From Breznakiellaceae bacterium (GTDB lineage Bacteria; Spirochaetota; Spirochaetia; Treponematales; Breznakiellaceae): a DNA stretch of 64,000 bases. Location: NCBI GenBank assembly GCA_964202565.1, contig CAXNJE010000001.1:315-64314 (forward strand), given 5' to 3'. The notes under the pieces are model-generated. The model was not told where the DNA came from and made no database searches. It worked only from the letters and a program-made list of their open reading frames with translations. Each line of letters opens with the position of its first letter. Position 1 is the stretch's first letter. Position numbers and translations under genes: made by a program. Shown in pieces: positions 9,944 through 19,245 of this stretch.

Positions 9944-11212
9944 TCAGCGGGATTCGAAAAGGCGCCTCATCAGTTTCTTTCCGTCCCCCGAACGATAGGG
10001 ATTCTTTACGTTTCTCAGATAGGCGCGGTACGCGGCGCAACTGTCGTAAAAGCCGTTCTGCCCCTTGAAGGACGAGGATTCGTCGCAGCGGTACAGTTCC
10101 AGCAACAGCGGGAACAGGGGTGATTCCAGAGCCGTTTGCGTTCTCGTCAGTGGCAGGCGGGGGAGGGCGGCTGGGAGCATATGGTTCCTGACGAGGAAGT
10201 CTACATCCGCAATCGTAGCTGAATCGTACCCCAGGTTGTTGAGGAAGCGGCGTGCGGTCCAGGCCCCCAACTCGGCATGGCCATCAAAACGCCGGCCACC
10301 CGACGACTCGGCCTGTGCTTTTCCCGTATCGTGCAACAGGAGTCCCAAGGATAGGTTTAGGTCCAGAATTTTCCGGTATCGGAAGGTTTCGAGTGTATGT
10401 GCCCAGGCATTGCCTTCGGGGTGGAATTCCTTGGAATGATCCACCTCATTCATGGCTGCCAATTCCGGCCAATGGGCATGGATGAACCCCGTCCGCAACA
10501 ATAGTTCCAGACCCAATTCTGGCCTGCGGGAGGTCATGAGCATGGAAAGCGCAACACGCTGTTCCTCAGGGCCAAGCAGGGGACCGGCCGGTAAAAGCGC
10601 CATGCGGGCAACCAACGCGTCCAATACTAGGGCTTCCTGGTTTTCGGGGGCGGCACCTCGGTAACGGGAAACTATGACAGCCGCATCGGCTGCTGCCCGC
10701 CAGGCTGTTGGACCACCCTTGATTTCCGGCGCGTCGAACCAGGCATCACGTTCTCCGCTGGTCTCCATTACGGGTTCGCGGCCTTCTTCCGTGGCGGTTC
10801 GTTTGCCGTCCCGCAGGCGACGGAGCAGGCGATAGCGGTCATCGCTGTCAAAAAAAGCTTTTCTGGCGGGGTTCCAGGCAAAAGCGAGTACGCTGAAAGA
10901 CGGGTGAGCCGGAGGTATTCCCTGTTCCAGGCAGCGGAAATACCATACTGACCGGCCGTTATGGGTGTCTTCGCATTCAATTGCCGCATCGGCGAGGTCT
11001 AGGCCCGGAAAGCGCAACTCCCCAAAGAGACGGGTCAGGTCTGTAAGGTCCGCTTGGGTTTCAGCCCAATGAAAAGGGGCAGGTTTTAAGCCACAATACC
11101 TGTCAACAGCACTGAAGGAGGTAAGGCTGACAGGGAATCCACCTTCCAGAAGGGTTGCCGTGACTGAGTCCATATACACAAGATAGTTGCCGCGCGTGCG
11201 CAAGTCCACCAC
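9944..11212 (-). CDS. HD-domain protein resembling the C-terminal half of CCA-adding enzymes
   Basis: HD region WAHTLETF...LGLLLHDTGK...GHAELGAWTARRFL. The N-terminal ~200 aa have no intact nucleotidyltransferase motif that I can see. Start uncertain (alternative ATG at 11173). Confidence 0.6.
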   Translation of the reverse strand: MVDLRTRGNYLVYMDSVTATLLEGGFPVSLTSFSAVDRYCGLKPAPFHWAETQADLTDLTRLFGELRFPGLDLADAAIECEDTHNGRSVWYFRCLEQGIPPAHPSFSVLAFAWNPARKAFFDSDDRYRLLRRLRDGKRTATEEGREPVMETSGERDAWFDAPEIKGGPTAWRAAADAAVIVSRYRGAAPENQEALVLDALVARMALLPAGPLLGPEEQRVALSMLMTSRRPELGLELLLRTGFIHAHWPELAAMNEVDHSKEFHPEGNAWAHTLETFRYRKILDLNLSLGLLLHDTGKAQAESSGGRRFDGHAELGAWTARRFLNNLGYDSATIADVDFLVRNHMLPAALPRLPLTRTQTALESPLFPLLLELYRCDESSSFKGQNGFYDSCAAYRAYLRNVKNPYRSGDGKKLMRRLFESR

Positions 11213-11247
11213 GGATCAGCGGTTTTATTGCGGACGCGGCGAACGTA

Positions 11248-14200
11248 TCAGGCCTTCGGGGTTTTTGTCTTTCCCGCCTTTTCCGGAGTAGTGTCGGATA
11301 ATCCCTTTTCCATGGCGGCCAGGAATACATCTACCCGGTATCCCGAACGGGCCTCCGCTTCTTCCGCGACCCTAAGCGTGTGGGCGATGTTCTCGAGTTG
11401 TTTCGTCCACCGGCCAGTATCCAGCTTGGGAGTCTGCAAGGCGTTTCCCTTTGCCACTTTTCCTTCGGTGTTCCCTTCGGTTTTTGATTTTTTGGTCACA
11501 TCAGGTTTGAGGGGAACCTTGCGCATGGTTGAGACGGCGGCTTCCGCTTCGATTGCCATTGCGAAACCCGCATACACGAGGGCTTCGTCGAAGCGTTCCT
11601 TGTTGAACCATTCGACGCCCTCGAATACGTTTACGCCCATGAAAGAACGTACATCGTTGGAGGCGAAGGCACTTCGCACCAGTTGAAGTAGCGGCGTTTC
11701 GGCCTTTGCTTTTGTGGATTCCGATGCGGATTCAGGTTTGATGGATTTCTTGGCAGGTTTGATGGTTTCGGCCTCGGCTTTTGGAGCCGTCCTGCTCAGC
11801 ACAAGCTTCATAAGATTGACTATGCGATACGCCTCGTCGGCACCCACACCTATGTTCTGGTACATTTCGCGCAGTTTCCGGTCTATGCACCAATGGTCGA
11901 TCAGGCGTTGCGCATCTTCGCCATTTGCGCCTTCCCCGACTATTCCACGCAGCAAGGCGAGCGTGAGGTAGCCAGCCAGGAAAGAAGCCGTTTCCGGACG
12001 CTGGCCAAACACGGAAGCAGCGTGGGCGACCAGAGCGCGGCCTGTTTCGGAAAGGCTTGCAGGAGGGGTTGTACCGTATTCTGCAAGTTTTACCAACTTC
12101 TGAAGGGAAAGGGAGAATTCTTCCCAAATGTCTTCGGCCACCATGTCTTTGGCTGGGAGCTCCCTCTCGAAGGCTTCATATCGGCCCGAAGCTCCGTCAA
12201 GATATTCTTCAGCAATAAGTGCAAAACGGATGACCTTATCCTTGAAACTTTCGATCACCGTGGTAGGTTTGGGAACAGATACCGTAAGCCCTGAGCCTTT
12301 TTTGCCTTTGACTGCTTTTTCTTCCTTCTGGTTTCCACACGCTGCCGCAATCATTTCGGATACGGCTGTAAAAAATGTGGGTGTAGCCAGATCCAGATAG
12401 GCGGCGTACAGATCTCTCAGGAAGAGGTCCTGGAATGCGGATTGCAGATCCGGCACCCCCCTGCCGCCCAGTTCATCGCAGAGCCTGCGCCAACGTCCGG
12501 TATCGCTGTCCTCGATCTCGTGGAGGTCCATGAATATCTGGCTGGCATACCCGTTGATGGATACGAAGATGCCTTTTTCAGCCAGTTGGCTGCTGGAACG
12601 TATATACCAAAGATTTGAACGTTGTTCACGGAAAAGCGTGAAGTTTTTCGCGTTGGAAGAGAGGCCCAAGGCGTTCGAAAGGGTTTTGACAAGCATTTTT
12701 TTCTCGCCGTCCTTAGCCTTGACGGCGACCGGTGCGGATGTCCGAATCCAGCCCGATCCGCGTTCGAAATTGTTGTTGAACAGGACCAATACCCGTTCAT
12801 CTCCCAGGCGGTTGGAATAGGCGAAAATATTTTCGTTCACGACGCCGCCATCTCCAAAGAAATCATAGAGGGCAAAATCCGCGCTCCCGGAAAAGAGCCT
12901 TCGCTTCTTCAGCAAGGGGAAGATCTCCCGTTCGTGTCGTTCTATAAGTTGATAATCGGGGATCTCGTCCTTGTAGGCCCGGCGGTACTCCATTCCGTAA
13001 CGCTCTTCGAAACCCTCAAGCTGACCGTGCCCGAACATGGGCAACCCAGGCATGGTGGACATCAAAGTGCAGACCCCGAAATACTTGTCGCCTTTTCCGA
13101 ACTGGGCTACTGCCGTATCCTCGTCGGGGTTGTTCATGAAATTCACGAAACGTTTCAGAATTTCCGGATCGAATTCCAGGGTGTTTTTGATGGTAGCCCG
13201 GTATTTCGCGTTTTCTTCATTCTTGAGCATATTCATGAATGCTGAATTATAGACCCGGTGCATTCCGAGGGTGCGGACAAAATAACCTTCCATCATCCAG
13301 AAGGCTTCGGCAAGGAGTAATGTATCGGGAGCTTCCACCGCACAACGATCCACGACTTCGCGCCAGAATTCGTTCGGCATGCGCTTGTCGAATTCTTCCC
13401 GCGACAGGGCGTGTTCTGCCCGTCCGGCTATGTCACCGCCGTGACCTGGTTCAGGGTACCACAATCGCTGTATATGCTTCTTGGCCAGGGTCATGGCTGC
13501 ATCGAAGCGTACTATGGGGAACTGCTTGCAGACGCCGACTATAGTGGCGATGACAGCCTCGCGGGCGGCGGGGTTAAGGAAATCGATCTGTGCGGTATCG
13601 TTCCAGGGCATGGAGGTGCCGTCGTTGCCATGAAAGATATAACGCGTATCCCCGCTGGAGAAATCGACCCGTTTGAAGACGACTGCGGCGTCGCTTTTAT
13701 CCCAGTAGTGATCTTCCAGATAGATGCCTACACCGGGTCGTGAACATAGATTGTCTCCGTTGAAGGTGTATCCGGGAAAGGGTGATTGCCTGGTCTGCAA
13801 AAAGCGTTCCGGGTGCTCGATGACCCAACGGGAGTCTATGCCGGTATGGTTTGGCACCATATCCGATCCCAGCCGGATACCGCGCCAGGCGCAACGCATT
13901 TTAAGGTTTTCCATACCCTGCCAGGAACCGAGTTCATTGGCGATATCGTAATCATTCAGGCTGTACGCGCTGGCCGCTGCCTCGGGATTTCCACTGCGCC
14001 TTTTTATTTCCTTGCTGGTCCAGCTCCGTTCCCACAGTCCGATCAGCCAGAGGCCGGTGAAACCCCTTTGTGCCATTTCGTCCAACTCTTCGTCAGGGAC
14101 CAGATCGAGGCGATCTATGGTCCGTTCATATTTTCGGGATAGCTGGGAAAGCCAGACAAGGGTGCTTTTTGCCATGAGCACCACCCGGGGCATCCAATCC

Positions 14201-15135
14201 TTGTCCGGAGAAAACCGTTCATATTCATGCTCGAGTTCGCTGTATACATACGCGCGGGTGGGACCGGGGCCGGAGAATACCGGTTTCTCCTCTTCCTTCA
14301 CCATGTCCATGCTGGAAAGGAGCCGGATCAGGTATTCGCCGATCAACAGTCCCCAGCGTTTGCGCAGGAATTCAAGCTGCCCATTCAACGAAAAGGGCTC
14401 CGCAACCGCGGGGCTTCGCAGCAAATCCCATAAATTCAGTGTATCTGGTCCAAAACCGGGGAGTTTCGCGAAGTGTTCTTTCATCAGCTCGACCGCTTCG
14501 AGATAGCAACTAGCCACAGCCAGTTCTGAATCGTCGAAGAGTCTTTTGAAGGGACCGAACGCGGGGTTCGCATTGGCGAGGGTGAGCATCATCAGTTCTT
14601 CGATGGCGAGGGAACGGTTCGATTCGCCACCTTCACTGCCTTTCAGGTATTCCTCCGTGCTCATCCTGCCCGAATATACGGCTGCAGGAGGAAAGCGGTC
14701 GACAAAAGCGCGCAGGAGTGTTTCGGTTTTCCGGACACCCAGTTTCTTTTCAAAAGTATCCAGGAGTGAGGTGAAGGCGGAGGGCGAGACACGTTCCCGA
14801 TAGAGGGCAGCGACGTAATGCAGGATCTCGTCGATCAACCCCATCGCGTTCAGCTTTCCGGCCTTTACGTAACGTTCCGGATGGACAAGCGGATTCACCT
14901 TGCTGTTCAGCTTCTGGGCAAAAACGCGTGCGGCATGAAAATTCGTGAAAATTACGTTGCCCCTCAGGGCAAACAGCGTATCATCGAATCCGTGCTCGTC
15001 CCGGGCTGCGCGGCATACGTGGAATTCCATCGTAGCAGTCCTCAACCTTGCCAAAGGACCTATGGGTACCCTTTCCACCGTATCGAGAGGCCTTTCCAGA
15101 ATTTCTAGCTGCATTTCAAGCTTCATCGTTTTCAT
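11248..15135 (-). CDS. very large (1295 aa) GH13-like alpha-amylase-family glycoside hydrolase
   Basis: GH13 conserved regions read by eye: I DMVPNHTG, II IVRFDAAMTL, III LLLAEAFWM, IV FMNNPDED. Long N- and C-terminal extensions. Adjacent to malQ. Confidence 0.75.
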   Translation of the reverse strand: MKTMKLEMQLEILERPLDTVERVPIGPLARLRTATMEFHVCRAARDEHGFDDTLFALRGNVIFTNFHAARVFAQKLNSKVNPLVHPERYVKAGKLNAMGLIDEILHYVAALYRERVSPSAFTSLLDTFEKKLGVRKTETLLRAFVDRFPPAAVYSGRMSTEEYLKGSEGGESNRSLAIEELMMLTLANANPAFGPFKRLFDDSELAVASCYLEAVELMKEHFAKLPGFGPDTLNLWDLLRSPAVAEPFSLNGQLEFLRKRWGLLIGEYLIRLLSSMDMVKEEEKPVFSGPGPTRAYVYSELEHEYERFSPDKDWMPRVVLMAKSTLVWLSQLSRKYERTIDRLDLVPDEELDEMAQRGFTGLWLIGLWERSWTSKEIKRRSGNPEAAASAYSLNDYDIANELGSWQGMENLKMRCAWRGIRLGSDMVPNHTGIDSRWVIEHPERFLQTRQSPFPGYTFNGDNLCSRPGVGIYLEDHYWDKSDAAVVFKRVDFSSGDTRYIFHGNDGTSMPWNDTAQIDFLNPAAREAVIATIVGVCKQFPIVRFDAAMTLAKKHIQRLWYPEPGHGGDIAGRAEHALSREEFDKRMPNEFWREVVDRCAVEAPDTLLLAEAFWMMEGYFVRTLGMHRVYNSAFMNMLKNEENAKYRATIKNTLEFDPEILKRFVNFMNNPDEDTAVAQFGKGDKYFGVCTLMSTMPGLPMFGHGQLEGFEERYGMEYRRAYKDEIPDYQLIERHEREIFPLLKKRRLFSGSADFALYDFFGDGGVVNENIFAYSNRLGDERVLVLFNNNFERGSGWIRTSAPVAVKAKDGEKKMLVKTLSNALGLSSNAKNFTLFREQRSNLWYIRSSSQLAEKGIFVSINGYASQIFMDLHEIEDSDTGRWRRLCDELGGRGVPDLQSAFQDLFLRDLYAAYLDLATPTFFTAVSEMIAAACGNQKEEKAVKGKKGSGLTVSVPKPTTVIESFKDKVIRFALIAEEYLDGASGRYEAFERELPAKDMVAEDIWEEFSLSLQKLVKLAEYGTTPPASLSETGRALVAHAASVFGQRPETASFLAGYLTLALLRGIVGEGANGEDAQRLIDHWCIDRKLREMYQNIGVGADEAYRIVNLMKLVLSRTAPKAEAETIKPAKKSIKPESASESTKAKAETPLLQLVRSAFASNDVRSFMGVNVFEGVEWFNKERFDEALVYAGFAMAIEAEAAVSTMRKVPLKPDVTKKSKTEGNTEGKVAKGNALQTPKLDTGRWTKQLENIAHTLRVAEEAEARSGYRVDVFLAAMEKGLSDTTPEKAGKTKTPKA

Positions 15136-15147
15136 CCTTTCAATCGA

Positions 15148-17142
15148 TCAATGCAGGGGGCGCGAATGCCTGGAATCGGCTATCGTAGCTATTGCTGCCA
15201 AAAGATCGTCGTCCTTGTCCAATTCGCTTAGGCGGACCGGCAGGCGGTAAGTCCAGTTGAAATTATTTACGCTGCCCGGAACATTAACCCGCTCGCTCGC
15301 GGGATCCATGGCATAATAACGGGAGGATAAGTGCAAGAGGTCCTGGATTTGGAAAACGCATAATCTGGAAGACGTCCTTGCGGCGATTCCCAGCAAGGAA
15401 CGAGCGGTTTCCGGTCCATAGTCATCCGAAATATTCTGTGCACCGAAGGATGAACGGAATGCATCGCGATTCGCTTCGCGCTCCCACCATTCGCGGAGGG
15501 TGGAACTATCATGGACTGACGGGGTACAAACAGACAGTTCCGGGTAGGATTCCACCGGAATATAGGGTTCGCCCGCCACTCCCCAACGGCGTGCCCACCG
15601 GATAACCCGCAGCCCAAGGACTCCCAGTTTTTCCAAGGTTCTTGGTACGCAGTCGGGTACGGCCCCCAGATCCTCGGCACACGCAAGCATTGGTGTCGCG
15701 CTGCTCAGGACGGATAACAACCGTGTGCCCTGCTCCTCCCATATAGCCTCCGAAGCCGCTTTTTTCCTGTTGGCCAAGACTTCGAAACGTCGCTTTTCAT
15801 CATCGGACAGGGTAGTAAAGGAAATGCTGTCCCAGAATGCCCAAGCCGGAACAAAATGATCTTTTTCGTACTCCAGCAAGGCTCGATCACGCCAGGCCGA
15901 GCCCAGGTACGCGCTGGCGGCGGGATGCAAGTCCAGCTCCTCAATATCCATTTCTCCTCGTATGGTCGTCTTGAACAGCCACAATTCCTCATTCTTGACC
16001 CTATCCAGCGCAAGGTTGAAGACTTTCTCTGCCGTAGCCTGTTTTTCGTCACCCGTGTTCTTAAGTGAATTGACCACGGCCTGAGTTGTGATGTGGGGTT
16101 GGGAAAGCCAACGCACCCGTTCCGGGTTGAATCCGCATTCTTCCAGTTCCGCCCTGTTGATGGACAGCGAGGGTATGAAACGGCCGAGTACCGCGCTTCT
16201 GTCGCGTCTGGAGGCGGCCCAAATCCTGAAAAATCCCAATACATGGTCTATCCGGTAAGCTGAATAATACCGGTCTGCCAGTGCCAGCCTGTCGCGCCAC
16301 CACCTATAATCATCCCGGGCAAGGGTATCCCAATCATAGATGGGGAATTGCCAGTTCTGTCCAAGTGGACTGAACATGTCCGGAGGTGCTCCTGCGGCAA
16401 GATCCCGTCTGAAATATTCCGGGTGCGCCCATACATCGCAGGAATCCTCATTCATCAGGATGGGAAGATCCCCTTTAAGGACGATATTCCTTTTTGAAAG
16501 GGCGGTGGCGGCTTGCAGGAATTGCTTGTCCAGTTCGCGTTGGAGCCAGACCCAATACAGGTGTTCTTTTTTGAACTTGGGTGAATCCCACAGGGTTTTA
16601 ATCCCCGTTTCGTCAATGTTGGAATGGCTTTTCCATTCCTTCCAATGGGAACCGCCCTGGATTTCCTTAAGTCTCCGGTAAACAGCGTATTCGATAACCC
16701 AGGGATTCGCGCTTATCCAGGCAGCCAATGAACCATTTGGTTGGGATTGCTCAAAAACGGCCCCTGCGGCTTTTTCGTATATCTTGCCCAGGATGTCCAG
16801 TTTGGCTTTTAATATTTCGCCAAAAGTGAAGCGTGAGTCATTATCGAAACGCTTCCTTACAGCTTCCAAGTCTTTCTTGAAGGAGCCCGCCCCATCCACA
16901 TCTTCCAAGCGAAGGTATAAGGGGTGCAGGGCAAAGGCGCTTAGGGCACTGTAAGGTGAACTCTGGAAACCTGAATCATTTACCGGCAAGAGCTGGATCA
17001 AGCCAATATGGGAACGCTCGCAAAAATCAGCCAATTCAATCAAGTCGAGGAATTCACCGACACCGAGGCTTCGCGCGCCACGAAGGGCGGAAACAGGAAC
17101 GACTACGCCGGTAAGACGCCGCGTATCGGCAGGAAAGCGCAT
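15148..17142 (-). CDS. malQ: 4-alpha-glucanotransferase (amylomaltase, GH77)
   Basis: 664 aa. N-terminus GVVVPVSALR...GVGEFLDL...LIQLLPVND, plus YRIDHVLGFFR and GDLPI motifs typical of GH77. AGGAGG 5 nt upstream. Confidence 0.85.
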   Translation of the reverse strand: MRFPADTRRLTGVVVPVSALRGARSLGVGEFLDLIELADFCERSHIGLIQLLPVNDSGFQSSPYSALSAFALHPLYLRLEDVDGAGSFKKDLEAVRKRFDNDSRFTFGEILKAKLDILGKIYEKAAGAVFEQSQPNGSLAAWISANPWVIEYAVYRRLKEIQGGSHWKEWKSHSNIDETGIKTLWDSPKFKKEHLYWVWLQRELDKQFLQAATALSKRNIVLKGDLPILMNEDSCDVWAHPEYFRRDLAAGAPPDMFSPLGQNWQFPIYDWDTLARDDYRWWRDRLALADRYYSAYRIDHVLGFFRIWAASRRDRSAVLGRFIPSLSINRAELEECGFNPERVRWLSQPHITTQAVVNSLKNTGDEKQATAEKVFNLALDRVKNEELWLFKTTIRGEMDIEELDLHPAASAYLGSAWRDRALLEYEKDHFVPAWAFWDSISFTTLSDDEKRRFEVLANRKKAASEAIWEEQGTRLLSVLSSATPMLACAEDLGAVPDCVPRTLEKLGVLGLRVIRWARRWGVAGEPYIPVESYPELSVCTPSVHDSSTLREWWEREANRDAFRSSFGAQNISDDYGPETARSLLGIAARTSSRLCVFQIQDLLHLSSRYYAMDPASERVNVPGSVNNFNWTYRLPVRLSELDKDDDLLAAIATIADSRHSRPLH

Positions 17143-17188
17143 GGTGCCTCCTAAATGGAACCAAAGAGGATAGCTTGCTTGCCTTTAG

Positions 17189-17216
17189 TATATATTTATT
17201 CGAGTAGGTTTGTAAA
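17189..17216 (-). promoter_or_regulatory. candidate sigma-70 promoter for malQ
   Basis: On the minus strand: TTTACA-16 nt-TATATA, about 45 nt upstream of the malQ ATG. Confidence 0.3.
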
Positions 17217-17230
17217 ATGCGCTTCGCTGT

Positions 17231-18298
17231 TTATGCGATAAATCCGGTCTTCCAATGCCATATCGGGATGGAAAGTTCTGATGAGAAGGGATTTTCCCTT
17301 TCAAAATCCGGTAACCAATCGTCTGAAGGCACTAATTCCTGATAAAAACCGTCCGAAATATCAAAATCTTCCAGCATACCGAGCACCGTTTCGTACTCCC
17401 GTTCATCCACAAAACGGGAAGAAGGGGGCGCTTCGGTGTGTGGGTCCTTTCCGTCTGGTGTAGGGCCAGCGCTGACTGGGGTATACTGCATCATCACCGA
17501 TAGAAGGGCTCTGCCGTTCAGGTTTCGTGCGAACCATTCGATTACCTTGCGGGTAGAGTCCATGCGATCCGGCAGCACCAGGTGTCTCACGATCACGCCG
17601 GATTCCAGAATTTCTGGTAGCTCTGGATCCGGGTTGATCATAGCCTTGCCTTCCCTTTCCGCCTCGGCCTTCTTGTTGTTTCGGCAGGGACCAAAGCGGA
17701 TTTCGCGCAGTTCGGCCATGCGGAGTATCGCCCTGCTGGCCACCTCCGGGTAGTCTGGGGCTTTGAAGTAGCGGGCGGAGATTTCACTGTCCAGGGTTTT
17801 CAGGTCCGGCAGGTAGACGGCCAAGTGTTCGGAGGCTGCTTCGATGGCTTCGACCGACTCGTAGGCGGATGAATTCCAGAGGGCCGGAATCATGAGCCCC
17901 CGATGGCGGGCCGCTTTCAAACCCTCGACTATTGCGGGTACGGCATGGCTTCCGGTCACGATATTGATGTTTTCAGCGCCCTGGCTCTCAAGTTCCATGC
18001 ATATGGATGCGAATTCAACAGGGCTGACAATCAAGCCCATGCCTTGGTGGGATATCTGATAATTCTGGCAAAATGAACAGCGTAGCGTACAGCCGGTTAT
18101 GAAGATCGTCCCGGACCCGCCCATGCCCGTGATGGGTGGCTCCTCGCCCTTGTGGATGGATGCGCTCGCAATCCTAAGTTCGGAGCTCTCGCCGCAAAAG
18201 CCGCGTTGATCCGTCTGTCGTTTGGTTCCACAATTTCTTCCACATAGCGAGCAAATTTCATAGGCATTGTTTTGGGGCTTGTCGGCAGGACTTTTCAT
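17231..18298 (-). CDS. radical SAM protein (PflX-like putative activating enzyme family)
   Basis: CX3CX2C cluster motif CTLRCSFCQNY preceded by GSGTIFITGC. Start set to the ATG at 18298, because the upstream ATG at 18343 lies in the loop of a terminator hairpin and would translate the U-tract as PAFFFS. Confidence 0.75.
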   Translation of the reverse strand: MKSPADKPQNNAYEICSLCGRNCGTKRQTDQRGFCGESSELRIASASIHKGEEPPITGMGGSGTIFITGCTLRCSFCQNYQISHQGMGLIVSPVEFASICMELESQGAENINIVTGSHAVPAIVEGLKAARHRGLMIPALWNSSAYESVEAIEAASEHLAVYLPDLKTLDSEISARYFKAPDYPEVASRAILRMAELREIRFGPCRNNKKAEAEREGKAMINPDPELPEILESGVIVRHLVLPDRMDSTRKVIEWFARNLNGRALLSVMMQYTPVSAGPTPDGKDPHTEAPPSSRFVDEREYETVLGMLEDFDISDGFYQELVPSDDWLPDFERENPFSSELSIPIWHWKTGFIA

Positions 18299-18322
18299 GT
18301 ATAGGCAAGATAGCTTCTGGTT

Positions 18323-18354
18323 GGAAAAAAAGAAAGCCGGCATTGCCGGCTTTT
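18323..18354 (-). terminator. intrinsic terminator (minus-strand sense), immediately upstream of the radical SAM start
   Basis: On the minus strand: AAAAGCCGGC-AAU-GCCGGCUUUCUUUUUUU, a GC stem of 6-7 bp plus a long U-tract. Confidence 0.7.
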
Positions 18355-18660
18355 GTAAGACCCCACCTGTTGCCGAGTCAATTCGACTCGGATCCGGTTC
18401 GGGCTTAACTTTAACGACCTTAAAGGTCTATTCCGTTCAAAATAAAAATTCTCTTTTATTGTTATCGGTTAATGGCCGATTTCGTGACATGACCACGATA
18501 TCGACCTTAGCACTTCCGGCGGAGTGTCCAAAAGGTACCTCCTACGATTCCTGCGGCTTACGGGCCGCCAACATATCGAATCCGGTATTCGCCATCCGGC
18601 GCACCGGCACCGTTACTATCTTAAATTTACCCCATCCTGTGGAAAAAACAAGAGGAGTTC
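18355..18660 (-). ncRNA. candidate structured non-coding RNA or cis-regulatory leader (unclassified)
   Basis: About 300 nt with no ORF of 60 aa or more on the minus strand. Several compact hairpins at 18373-18391, 18416-18428, 18464-18480, 18553-18568 and 18596-18607. Ends at the terminator at 18323-18354. No Rfam-class signature recognised by eye. Confidence 0.3.
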
Positions 18661-18722
18661 AGAAATATTTATTTTGTGCATGAAGGATCGGATTAATGGA
18701 TTTTATTAATTTCAAAGCGAAT

Positions 18723-19130
18723 TCAGTGCAAGGCTCCCCTGTTTACCAGGTCGGTCATCAAGCGGCTGAGGGTATCCATATTCATTTCTTCAGCTTCCGC
18801 TGAAATGCTATCGCGTATCGAAGCCCAGTCGTCCATATCAAGATCCATTTTTTCGTCATCGTAATCACCGATAAGGAAAGAGCCGATATGGGCTAGTTTT
18901 TCGAAACGCGGCCCATCGGCGGGTGTGTGGCGTTCGCTCCACCAGGCAAAAAGTTCGGAAGCAGCAGATTCGCCCAGGATGGGAACCGCAAGACCCATGA
19001 ATATGGTTTTCGCGCTTTCGGTGGCGGATTTGTTCGAGGCTGCTGATTTTTCCGGAGCCCGTGCTTTCGCGGCTTGCAAGCTGCGGGCTATGGCCTCAAG
19101 TTCTGAATGAATATGATCGGCGGGACGCAT
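18723..19130 (-). CDS. hypothetical protein (acidic C-terminal half)
   Basis: 135-aa ORF with an ATG start and no recognisable motif. Confidence 0.45.
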   Translation of the reverse strand: MRPADHIHSELEAIARSLQAAKARAPEKSAASNKSATESAKTIFMGLAVPILGESAASELFAWWSERHTPADGPRFEKLAHIGSFLIGDYDDEKMDLDMDDWASIRDSISAEAEEMNMDTLSRLMTDLVNRGALH

Positions 19131-19209
19131 GGGTATACACTAGCACCATGAATGCTCATTCGTAAAGTGCCATCAAATACCCACTTCCAAACCGCAAAAC
19201 CCGTTCTCC

Positions 19210-19238
19210 TTGACTTTTCCCGTCCACGGTTCTACACT
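19210..19238 (+). promoter_or_regulatory. candidate sigma-70 promoter of ptsN, placed for a leaderless transcript
   Basis: TTGACT-17 nt-TACACT, with the ATG at 19246 lying 7 nt after the -10 hexamer. No Shine-Dalgarno sequence. Confidence 0.45.
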
Positions 19239-19245
19239 TGCCCTT

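Noticed and set aside
18299-18343. Longer N-terminus for the radical SAM protein, starting at ATG 18343.
   Set aside because: That ATG sits in the loop of the terminator hairpin, and the extension would translate the stem and U-tract (MPAFFFS...). The ATG at 18298 is preferred, though neither start has a good ribosome-binding site.
18355-18660. Assignment of the structured intergenic RNA to tmRNA, RNase P RNA, SRP RNA, T-box, or SAM/TPP/FMN/cobalamin/ZTP/fluoride riboswitches.
   Set aside because: Partial look-alikes exist (GGAUUCGA, GGAAGUGCUAAGG, CGGCAAC). The defining elements are absent or in the wrong order: the tmRNA acceptor/T-arm with CCA end, GGAAAGUCC of RNase P, the SRP GGAA-tetraloop helix pairing, and the T-box GGGUGGUACCGCG. 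The class is left unassigned.
19141-19156. Sigma-54-like element TAGCACCATGAATGCT upstream of ptsN.
   Set aside because: The spacing is correct, but the invariant -24 GG reads AG. A good sigma-70-type promoter lies closer to the gene.
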